NCBI RefSeq assembly: GCF_009914755.1
Contig: NC_060925.1
Reading direction: 5' to 3' (one strand)
DNA from: the human T2T-CHM13v2.0 reference genome, Homo sapiens
Length of the DNA: 64,000 bases
The notes beneath the pieces were generated by a model. The model worked only from the letters and a program-made list of their open reading frames with translations, was not told the origin of the DNA and ran no database searches. Positions 51,561 through 64,000 of this stretch are shown here, in pieces (within the stretch, counting starts at the first letter, position 1; every line of letters begins with the position of its first letter). The translations under genes were made by a program, and so were the position numbers.

Positions 51561-52743
51561 CACTTTTTATTCTATATAAGTGTTTGAATTTTTTAGAAAT
51601 AAGTTTTATATATTACTCATATAAGAAAATTATTTTATAAAACTCCATATATGATTTTTTTCCCCCGTATATGATTCTGATGCACATTCCTGGTTAAGAT
51701 CCACTGCCTAAGTTTTGGGAAGCTACTGATACGTAATAAACAAGTCATTTCAAATCATCAGGGAAAAGATGATTTATTCAACTACGTGATATTGACAATG
51801 GTTAAAAACTTAGTAAAGTTGGAAACCAAATACCAAAATAAATTGTAGACGAAACAAATATTTAAATATAACAAGTAGGCTAGGTGCAGTGGCTCATGCC
51901 TGTAACCCCAACACTCTGGGAGGCCAGAGGTAGGGATCACTGGGGCCCAGGAGTTCAAGGATGCAGTGGGCAATGACTGCACCACTGCACTCCGGCCTGG
52001 GTAATGGAGTGAAAACCTGTCTTTAAATAAATAAATAAGAAAATAGAAAAAAACAGGAAAAAAATTTTTCTATAATCTGATATGACGAATGGCATTACTT
52101 ACATAATGGAAAAGAGTAACAGCTTTAACAACAAAAAATATTTTCCAAAAAAAGAGTTTAATAGCCTCTATATGTAAAAAACTCTTGTAAATAAAAACAT
52201 AAAAAATAAACGTCAAAAAAAAGAAGGCAGGGAGCAAGTGGAGGGAATGAACTAGGAACTTAAAACTGGAAAAACATAGTAAGTATATGAAAAGATGTTA
52301 AATCTCACACAAATTATCAAAAAAATGAAAAAATTTGAAAGAAATATTATTTTTCAACTATTCAATTGGCAAATTTTAAGCAGATACATCATAATTTCCA
52401 GTGATGATAAGTATAAGGAGAAAGATCCATTCACAAGTACTGATGGCAATAATCTAAAGATATAAATTAATAAAATCTTTCTAAGGAACAATATATACCA
52501 AAGTTTAACTCACGAAATACTAGGATATACCCTAAGGGAATAATAAGTATACATTGGTATACATACTATCTAAAAATTCTTTATGATGATTAATAAAAAA
52601 TTAGTTAAACAGAGTACATCCTGGCCAGGCGCAATGGCTCACACCTGTAATCCCAGCACTTTGGGAGGCCAAGGTGAGCAAATCACCTGAGGTCATGAGT
52701 TCGAGACCAGCCTGGCCAACATGGTGAAAACCCATCTCTACTA

Positions 52744-52953
<210 letters not shown>

Positions 52954-53082
52954 TTATAAAGACATTTCAAAAAAGAGTAAGTTACAGAAATTAATACATA
53001 TATCATGTTTTAAAAATTGCCCACAGACTTTTGTGTGGACAAAAATTATAGCAGGTTACAAAACAACCATTCTTCTGTATTA

Positions 53083-53460
<378 letters not shown>

Positions 53461-53958
53461 TTACTATCATCGTTGGATATTTTCTGTCAAACTCAGTTCC
53501 ATAATTACTCTGGTCTGCTATATGCTGGTTTAGACAACAGTAATTTACCTTATCATTAAACAAGATTATAGTTATTAAGACTCTATTTTAAGAAGCAAAA
53601 GATCTTTTTATGACTACCTTCATTTTGAAGCAGCATGTTAGTAAGCAACTGAAAAAGAGGGAACATATTAAATTCTCTATAGAGAACCCATAATGCCTAC
53701 GCCTTATGTCTTATACATAAAACACCCTCAATATTAAAAGGGTAAAAAAGTTATTGTGTAATTGTATTTTATAAAAATTAAATTCTGGCTGGGCGTGGTG
53801 GCTCACGCCTGTAATCCCAGCACTTTGGGAGGCCGAGGCAGGTGAATCACCTGAGGTTAGGAGTTTGAGACCAGCCTGACCAACATGGCAAAACCCCGTC
53901 TCTACTAAAAATACAAAAATTAGCTGGGCATGGTGGTGCATGCCTGTAGTACCAGCTA

Positions 53959-54168
<210 letters not shown>

Positions 54169-54466
54169 TTATGGGAAACGGGGCATACAGCCTACAACAT
54201 ACTCTCAAATGATTAAGAAAAATACATAAATAATGTATGGATGAGCACACATATAATAGAGAAAGAAAAGAGAGAAAAAGAAAAAAAAGAAGTGAAGCAA
54301 AACATTAACAACTGTGAATGTAGGTAATGGATATACTATTCTTGCAACTTCTCTTTAAGTTTGAAATTACATCAAAATAAAATATTTTACCCAAAAAGTT
54401 CATGCTAACATACATACAAATATAGAGTAATAGTTATTAGTCAAAAGCATATAAAAGGACACTCAC

Positions 54467-54534
54467 ATGGAATTGAACATTCCCATTAGGGCAGTAAAAC
54501 AAAAGCCAATAGCAAACATGGATTTCATTCGAAC
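54467..54534 (-). CDS. TMCO1: TMCO1 exon 5
   Basis: ttacag|GTT CGA...TCC AT|gtgagt, 68 nt. [23 protein letters not shown] (hydrophobic segment). Confidence 0.97.
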
Positions 54535-54956
54535 CTGTAATGAGACGAACAAATTGTCATTTTACACTAAAAAAAAACACATCTAAAGCATATCTCAAAA
54601 GTTTTGGTTTCATGTCATTTTTTTTTTTTTTTTTTTTGAGGCAGAGTCTTGCTCTGTCTCCCAGGCTGGAGTACAGTGGCGCAATCTCGGCTCACTGCAA
54701 GCTCCGTCCCCCCGGGTTCACGCCATTCCCTTGCCTCAGCCTCCCGAGTAGCTGGGACTACAGGGGCCCGCCACCACGCTTGGCTGATTTTTTGTATTTT
54801 TAGTAGACATGGAGTTTCACCGTGTTAGCCAGGATGGTCTCAATCCCCTGACCTTGTGACCCCCCCGCCTCGGCCTCCCAAAGTGCTGGGATTACAGGCG
54901 TGAGCCATTGCGCCCAGCCTCACGTCATTTTTTTTTTAAATCTCCGTAGCAGTTCA

Positions 54957-55157
<201 letters not shown>

Positions 55158-56593
55158 TCAAAAAAAAAAAATAGTACTCCTTAGCAAAAAGCTATAGCTG
55201 TATGTTGGGTAACCCACCCTTCACCTCCAATTCCTCTTCTTGCCACCCGGTGAGGAAGAATATTGGGGTGACTTTGTGGCCCAATTCTGGCCAATGAGTT
55301 AATAAGTACTGGCAAAAGGTCTCTCAGTAAGTAAAAGAGAACTATTGCACAGTTCAGGTGTCCTGTGTTAAATATATAGAAGTTAAGTGAAAAATTAATC
55401 AAGCTATATAATTAGCCTATCTATGCTTTAGGAAGATATGCTCAAATAAAGCCTACTCTTAATAAATAATGAGGAAATTGGTAGTGAAATCAGTTTTCCT
55501 TATACTTCATGGTATGCCAGATACTGAGAACAAAAGGTCTCTTAAAGAACAAAAGAGCCAGGCACGGTAGCTCACACCTGTAATCCCAGCACTTTGGGAG
55601 GCCGAGGCAGGTGGATGGCTTGAGCTCAGGAGTTCAAGACCAGCCTGGGCAACATAGCAAGACCCTGTCTGTACAAAAAATACAAAAATAAGCCAGGCAT
55701 GGTGGCACACGCCTGTAATCCCAGCTACTTGCAAGGCTGAGGTAGGAGGAGTGCACAAGCCCAGGTGGCAGAGGTTGCAGTCAGTCGAGGTAGAGCCACT
55801 GCACTCCAACCTTGGTAATAGAGCAAGACTCTGTCTCAAAAAAAAAAAAAAAAAAAAAAAAAAGACTTGGCAGGGTGCAGTGGCTCACGCCTATAATCCC
55901 AACACTCTGGGTGGCTGGGGCTGGAGGATCCATCACTTGAGCCCAGGAATTCAAGATCAGTGTGCCCAGGAATTCAAGATCAGTGTAGCCAAGATAGCAA
56001 GACCTCATCTCTACAAAAAAAAATTAAAAATTAGCCGGGCGTGGTGTACTCCTGTAGTCCCAGCTACTTGGGAGGCTGAGACAAGAGGGTCCCTAGAGCC
56101 CAAGAATTCACAGTGGCAGTGAGCTCTGATCGTGCTACTGCATTCCAGCATGGTTGACAAAGCAAGATCCTGTCTCTAAAAAAGAAAAAAGAAAAAAGAA
56201 CACAAGACAGTAATAAAAGCCATTTATAATGTTCCAACTTCTATACTGGAATTACACACATCACCATAAAACCAAAGATTCAGCATTAACGTAAAGAAGA
56301 AAAAGAAAATAAACTACTTCATTTGAAAACATAAGAGGGAACTAAGAACTGTGTGAAGAGGACAAATTATGACCTCTGAGACAGTCTAAAAAAGCTATTT
56401 ATAGTATTAAAATGAAGTTTAAGAGCAGGAGCATATTTTCACTTCCATTTGGTCCAGGAACACCCATGATATTATTTATAGCCTTCACAGGTGATAAATT
56501 TCTGAAAAGGTGAGTGCAATGCACTTGATGTAAATCAGTCTTTTGCTAAAAATATTATGTGGTTAACCATGAAGTTATAGTTAGGTCTCTTAC

Positions 56594-56640
56594 CATTGAT
56601 AGATCTCTGTTGTTATTCTTCAGTTTCTCTTCTTGTCTCT
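56594..56640 (-). CDS. TMCO1: TMCO1 exon 4
   Basis: ttgcag|AG AGA CAA...TCA ATG|gtaaga, 47 nt. (E)RQEEKLKNNNRDLSM, coiled-coil region. Confidence 0.96.
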
Positions 56641-59186
56641 CTGCAAAGAATTAATGAGATGGTTAATACATACAATGCTGAGCACAAAGCAGCTGTTAAA
56701 TAAACTGTCACTGATTGGTGATTACAAAAGCACTCTATCTCAATATCATTTAATAAGATGATGAAAACACCTGGGATAGTATACGTTTTGTACTCAGAAG
56801 ATTCAAATGCAGCAGAGCACCAAAATATTTCAATTTAAATAAATAAATCTTTAGTGTTTTTTTGAAATTACCTCTGGTATTAAATGTCTTAACTCTGTGC
56901 ATTAATATATATGCTTATGTTACACCAAAGGGAATTGCCAATCAGTTAATTTGTAAGTATAACATAATGATTGTACTTAGATGTCTCAAATTAGTTATCC
57001 TTCTCTTAAATTTTCTATTTTTTCAATTTCTCTAAAATGGCATATAGTCTAAAATTATAAGCCAGTTGATAGGATGAACTTAAAATTCAGGTTCTAGCTG
57101 GGCAATCCCAGCTCTTTGGGAGGCTGAGGTGAGAAGATCACTTGAGGCCAGGAGTTCAAGACCATCCTGGGCAACATAGCAAGACCCTGTCTCTGCAAAA
57201 AATTTACAAATTAGCCAACCGTGATGGTGTGCCCCTGTAGTCCCAGCTACTTGGGAGGCTACAGTGGGAGGATTACTTGAGCCCAGGAGTTTGAGGCTGC
57301 AGTGGGCCATGAACGCGTCACTGTGCTCCAGCCTGGGCGATAGGGTGAGACTCTGTCTGAAAACAAAAACAAAAACAAAAACAAAAAACTACGCATTCTC
57401 TAAGTAGTGAACCTTTAGAATACAACATCTATGAAATTTGATAAAATTTCATGGAGAGAATAATCTGGAAATATGCAAAAGATACATTTATATTTAGAAT
57501 GATTTCTTTTCCAAGGTGACTAGCAAAAGGGAAAATTAAAATTCAGAAAAGGAATACTCCAAAAATGGAGGCTACATTTCTTGTGGCTATTGGAATAAAC
57601 TAGTAGCAATGATGACATCCATTCTGACCACAGAGTCAGTAGACCTTCAGCCAATCCAAATAACATAGAAAAAGGCCTAGAATGAGTGTATAAATTCAGG
57701 GCCCCAAATATATTAAATTTCAAAAATTTCCTCTCATATTTAAATCCAAGTCATGAAGAAAAGAGGCCATGTGTGGTAGCCCACACCTGTAATCCCAGCT
57801 CTTTGGGAGGCTGAGGTAGGAGGATTGCTTGAGTCCAGGAGTTCAAGGGCAACACAGAGAGACCCCATCTCTACAAAAAACTTAAAATTAGCCAGGCATG
57901 GTGGTATATGCCTGTAGTCTGAGCTATTCAAGGAGGCTGAGGCAAGAGGAGTTGGGGTTGTGGTGAGCCATGAACATGCCACTATACTTCAGCCTGGGCT
58001 GACAGAGGGTAACCTTGCTTCAAAAACAAAAACAAAAGCAAAACAAAACAAAAAAAGAAAAGAGATACTTATCCCACTCAGACAAGCTTCAGAATGTCTG
58101 CTCTCCCTTTCCCATCCACCTTCTGGGGACATCTGCCTGGCACCATACCTTGTTGAAGGGTTAGCCTCATGAAGATTTATAACACCCTCTGTCCTACTAC
58201 TGCTGACCCAAGAGGCAGCCAAACCATAGGCTCTCCCATGACCTATGACATAAAAAGATCAGCTGGGCCAATTAGATTCCTCTCTCAGGAATTTATGCTA
58301 GAAAATTTTGGGAAAATAAATCAATTAACTATGGGAACAGAAATAGAAAAGTTATAATATGGTACTGGCTCTGAAACTTTAATTTGCCTAAGAATTATAT
58401 GGGCAGCTTGTTTAAAAAAAAAAAAAAGAAAAAAGTAGACTCCTGGGTCCCACATCCAGAGATCCTGATTCAGTAAAGTCTGGGAGTAATACTTAGAACC
58501 CTTCATTTTTCACAAGTATCTCAAGCAATATTGATGTAGGTAATCTATGGATCACATTATGAAAATACTGAGATAGAACCCAAGGACACAAGCATCTGGA
58601 GCAGATATTCCTAAGGGGTTGGGAGTGGGGAAGGACACAGGGAAGGTTAGGTGAAGACAAAAGCTGAATGCCAAAAAAATTAGTGAAGTCTTACAGTGAA
58701 GATCCCTGTCCAGCTTTTTCTCAAGACTTGCTCTGCTTGCAGGACTTGCTTTACCACGGTTCCTGCCTTCCTGTAACCACTTAGTTCAGCTTTGCCTGAG
58801 TTTCTCATCACGTATATCCTTCAAATAAACCCCTTATGACTTCTTTATTTGGAATACAACAAAACAAACTATATAAAATTCATATACCAAAAGTAAATTC
58901 ATTTTTCTTCTTATAAGAGGGAAATGCAAAATAGTCAAAACATTTGCTCCTGAAATTAAGAATTGGGAACATCAAATCTTCAGTTAAAAAGCAAAGGACG
59001 CTTCCACTGCAGATTAATGGTTCTCTCAAGGATTGTTATCAAAGAGCTTCACCTAGTGAAATCAATGACATTTTGCTTCTCCGGAACACTGAATATTGCT
59101 GGCTGCTTCCCTCTTACTGAAAACTCCCTTCTTTCAGTGCAGTGGCTTTACTCTTTATACTCCCTTTTCCCCAGATACTATATATA

Positions 59187-59236
59187 TATTTACAAATATA
59201 TACTATATATACAAATATAGTATATATTTGTAAATA
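59187..59236. repeat. Perfect 22-bp AT-rich inverted repeat with 6-nt spacer
   Basis: tatttacaaatatatactatat (59187-59208), atacaa, atatagtatatatttgtaaata (59215-59236). Confidence 0.92.
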
Positions 59237-59836
59237 AGCTCAAGTGAGGAATCTGGGCTAAGAAAAAGTAAGGGTTAGATAATAATGAAACTATATAGGA
59301 TCAGTACATAAAAATACATTTAATTGGTCCTATAAAGTTGCTGGAGATGAACACCAAATGAGCAAATCTCATGATTTTCTTGCATGAGAATGAGCAAGTC
59401 TCATTTCAGGCTTATCAGCAGCCGATTCAAAGGAAAACAAAAATCAGTTCGAGCACAGTGTCCGTAAGATAAAATAAATCAATTACTTATGAGAACTGCT
59501 ACTTTTCCTGATATTGAAAACTAATAGAAACAGTTTCCACAATTTCTTATCAAAAGACAATTGTGTAATGTTGTGGATGTTTTTGAATATATTACATAGT
59601 AGTACTATAACAAATTGTATTATACCTGGCTGAATTTTTCATAATAAGCCTAACAATGCAAATGCCAAGGCGAAATACAGTAAAAGCGTTTTATGAAGTC
59701 CAAAATAATCCAGTTTAGGTTTACAGATTTCTGATAGTCTGGCTTAATCTAAGATTAAAATGTACAAATCTAGAGAATGGATAGATCATCTTTCAAGAAA
59801 TTCTTCATAAATATTACATCTCATAATTTCTAATAA

Positions 59837-60163
<327 letters not shown>

Positions 60164-60661
60164 TAAATATTATTTCTTATAACTTCTGATGAGTTTTTCT
60201 GGGGTGAGCAAACAATTCAAGGTTACACTCCATGTTAAGATCATTTGAATTCAGATACACCGTGTTGCCAATTTAAGGACAGAGGATAATCTGCCTTCCA
60301 TTTTTATATCCTTCCTATTCTTTATAGCAAAGGTACTTGAAAGAGTTGTCCATGTTGAATGTCTTCATTTTCTCACTGTCTGCATTCTCAATGTCTGCAT
60401 TCTCTTCATCTATATGATCTGGCTTCTGTCCCCCATCATGCCACTGAAACCATTTTTGCTAGAAGCACTAATAACCTCCATTTCTTAGACATTTACCATC
60501 ATCATCAGGCCCTTCCTCCTCCCTGACACTCTCCTCTCAACTTCTGTGACACTACTACTTTCCAACTTATCTGGCAATACTTTTTCAGAACTTTACTTCT
60601 TCTGTTGTTCCTTAAATTTCTGTTCCTCAAGACTCTTGGCCGGCATAGTGGCTCATGTCTA

Positions 60662-60883
<222 letters not shown>

Positions 60884-61886
60884 CTACAGCCTAGGAAACA
60901 AGAGTGAAACTCTGTCTCAAAAAAAAACAAAAACAAAAACAGAAAAAAACAAGCAAACAAACAAAAAAGTACTTATCATCCTGCATAGTAATCATTTATT
61001 TTCTGGTCTATTTTCCCTCTCTAAATAGAGCTCATAAAAATAGAATCTTTTTCTACTTTGTTTCTCCAATGCTGTTAGGAGTAACTGACACATACAGCGT
61101 AAATGTTCAATAGCATTTTCTCATAGAATTAAGTGAACAGACCACTTAAAAAACATCCAGGATCGCTATACTAACTGAAAAACTTTAATCAGAACAGGAA
61201 TTGACATAGTCTAATCGCATGGAATTCTCCCCTGGGTTGTAACAGCAGTGACCTAGGGATACAGACACAGTTTCTAAAACAAATACACAATCTCATAATA
61301 ATTTTTTTCCTAATTTCAGAATCAAGAAATGTCATAATGTATAAAAACAAATCATATACAATCCTTTACGAATTGTCTTTTGGAAACAGAATTACTTAAA
61401 TTCTAAGTTATACTAAAAAACTAAAAACACATGATATGGTCATTATTTCTCCAAGTATATCAAAATTACTCAGAAAATTTCCTACCCCTTGGTGGATTTC
61501 CATCACTAGTCAATACTCAGTAAGGAAGCCATGGAAACAATGAATACAAGTAAGACTTAAGTGGAAATAATCATCTCAGATATAAAAAACAACATGCTTT
61601 TACAAACTATGCCAAAAACCCTCAGCCAAGTTCAAAAGCCACAACTGTCATTTTACAAAACTCAAATTCCAAAGCTAAGAGCAAAAATAGAGGAACTGCT
61701 TAAATTTGTCCTGTACACCTCACAAAATGGGTAAGAATCAAGTGAGATAAAGTATGCATGTGCTTTATAAACCATAAAATCATAGAAATGTGAGTTATCA
61801 CTATTAATAATTTTATATTTTCATTATCTAAGAATTAATTTTTTTAAGAAAACCCAAATTTCATTTTGACTAATATCTCATCTTAC

Positions 61887-61946
61887 CTATTTTCTTTTTC
61901 TGTTGTCGACCAGCTGACTCTGTTATTGTTTCCTTCTTCTTTTCCA
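61887..61946 (-). CDS. TMCO1: TMCO1 exon 3; exons 1-2 lie beyond the right edge
   Basis: ttacag|TG GAA AAG...AAA ATA G|gtaaga, 60 nt. (L)EKKKETITESAGRQQKKKI. Confidence 0.96.
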
Positions 61947-63016
61947 CTGTAAACAACATAGTAACACAGTAAAAATTAACTGGATTATACTAAAGAAACA
62001 AAGGATGCTTTATCACAGCTGAACCAATGAAAGAAGCTTGCAAGAAAGTTACACACTGACTGATTATGGTCATGATTAAGTTAACTGGTCCACTCTCATA
62101 GCTACTGATGGTAAAAGGTAGATACAATATTCTAAGAATGAAACAACAATTATAAGCATCATTAATCAAATACCCATAAAGAATTGTATTGATATAATCA
62201 TAATGAAAACAGACCATCAGCTGAGGATGATTACCTTAGCTAGTTTCAAAGCACAATTTTCAAATTTCTATTCTCTCAGATAACTAGGGTTAATTGTAAT
62301 TCCATTCTCTTATGACAGAAGGTAGAAATTTATTCACTCAGTTATTGGCTGCCTAAATAACTCTAAGCAGATGAAAAAAAAATGATCCCTACCTTCTAAA
62401 GAATAATCTAGTCAGGGGAAATAATCAAATGACAATTACAGTAATGTGACAAGATAGTTATACGCACACTGCAGGAAAATCAGGAGAGCCAAAAAAGCTA
62501 AGACCAGACAGACGCAGTGGCTCACACCTATAACCCCAGCACTTTGGGAGGCCTAGGCGGGCAGATCACCTGAGGTCAGGAGTTTGAGACCAGCCTGGCC
62601 AACATATAGTGAAACCCCGTCTCTACTAAAAAACATACAAAAATTAGCTGGGCGTAGTGGCATATGCCTATAATTCCAGCTACTTGGGAAGCTGAGGCAG
62701 GAGAATCACTTGAATCCAGGCGGTGGAGGTTGCAGTGAGTTTAGATCACACCACTCTACTCCAGTCTGGGCAATAGAGCGAGACTCTGTTTCTCAAAAAA
62801 AAAAAAAAAATACCAATTTTTCTGATGCATTTCAATTACTATCATGATTACATAACAATAAGCTTTTGAAAAAGAAATAGTGGGCCGGGTGCAGCGGCTC
62901 ACACCTGTAATTCCAGCACTTTGGAAGGCCGAGGTGGGCAGATCATGAGGTCAAGAGATTGAGATCATCCTGGCCAACATGGTGAAAACCCATCTCTACT
63001 AAAAATACAAAATTTA

Positions 63017-63202
<186 letters not shown>

Positions 63203-63532
63203 TTATATTATATTTACCATCTTTAATCACCTGTAAATGGACTAGGGATATGTCAAAAATTACCTTTACTTAGTTTATTTATATTATCTGTTACCCATAT
63301 TATCTTAGTATACTAATAGCAAACAGTACGGTATAGGTACCATTTCTAAAACCTACATTAAAGAGAATTAGCGGGTAGAACTCTTTCCCTTAGTACATGA
63401 AGTTTGTCCCTGAATTCTAAAAGCAAAATTGGTATCACTGCTTTATCCAAGAATTGTAAAATTCAACTTGACTCCAATATTGCAAATGAAATTTAAAAGG
63501 CTGGCCAAAATAAAATATGTGTTTTGTGTATC

Positions 63533-63555
63533 TGTGTGTGTGTGTGTGTGTGTGT
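63533..63555. repeat. (TG)11 microsatellite
   Basis: Direct reading. Confidence 0.9.
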
Positions 63556-64000
63556 TTGTTCTGGAAGACTAAGTAACAGATACTGTTCTAGGTAAATAGA
63601 AAGGTAAGATACAGGCCAGGCATGGTGGCTCAAACCTGTAATCCCAGCACTCTGGTAGGTTGAAGTGGGAAGACTGCTTGAGCCCAGGAGTTTGGGATCA
63701 GCCTGGGCAACATGGCAAGACTCTGTCTCTATAAAAAATTGAAAAATTAGCCGAGTGTGGTGGCACATGCCTATAGTCCCAGCTACTCAGGAGGCTGAGG
63801 CAGGAGGAGCTCCTGAGCCCAGGAGCTTGAGGCTGCAGTGAGCTGTGTTCACTTCACTGCACTCCAGCCTATGCGAGAGCGAGACCCTGTCGCCAAAATA
63901 AAATAAAACAAAACATCATGTACATGGAAAGAGAGAGAGAAAGATTTTGAATGAACATACTAGTGAGAGATCATAAAAGAAAAATGTCAAATTTCACATT

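Noticed and set aside
56636-56643. CAG-AG-AG tandem acceptors at exon 4
   Set aside because: The alternative AGs have a disfavoured preceding G and shift the frame. No evidence of use.

Overview
Primate DNA, almost certainly human chr1q24, spanning the ALDH9A1-TMCO1 interval. It is very Alu-rich: about 70 Alu copies or fragments by eye, roughly a quarter to a third of the window. Three gene-derived elements are supported. (1) ALDH9A1 coding exon 1 (minus strand, 807-987) in a CpG-island promoter. (2) A full-length processed pseudogene of carbonic anhydrase 14 (plus strand, 10381-12365). It has a 15-bp target-site duplication, frameshifts, stops and an internal Alu. (3) The last five coding exons of TMCO1 (minus strand, 61946 down to the stop at 30391) plus its 3'UTR. 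The rest is L1, MaLR/ERV LTR, MIR/L2, DNA-transposon remnants and microsatellites. Nearly all other ORFs in the supplied track are Alu or low-complexity artefacts. I do not see a demonstrably new gene system. The best leads are: (a) the CA14 retrocopy has the signals needed to be spliced onto a divergent transcript from the ALDH9A1 promoter and could encode a 55-aa signal-peptide microprotein; (b) two ALDH9A1 start codons flank a mitochondrial-presequence-like extension; (c) several short templated-insertion and fold-back scars, including 35-bp and 66-bp segments copied from 1.5-2.8 kb away and a perfect 22-bp AT-rich inverted repeat. Gene identities and repeat subfamilies are from recognition, not database searches.
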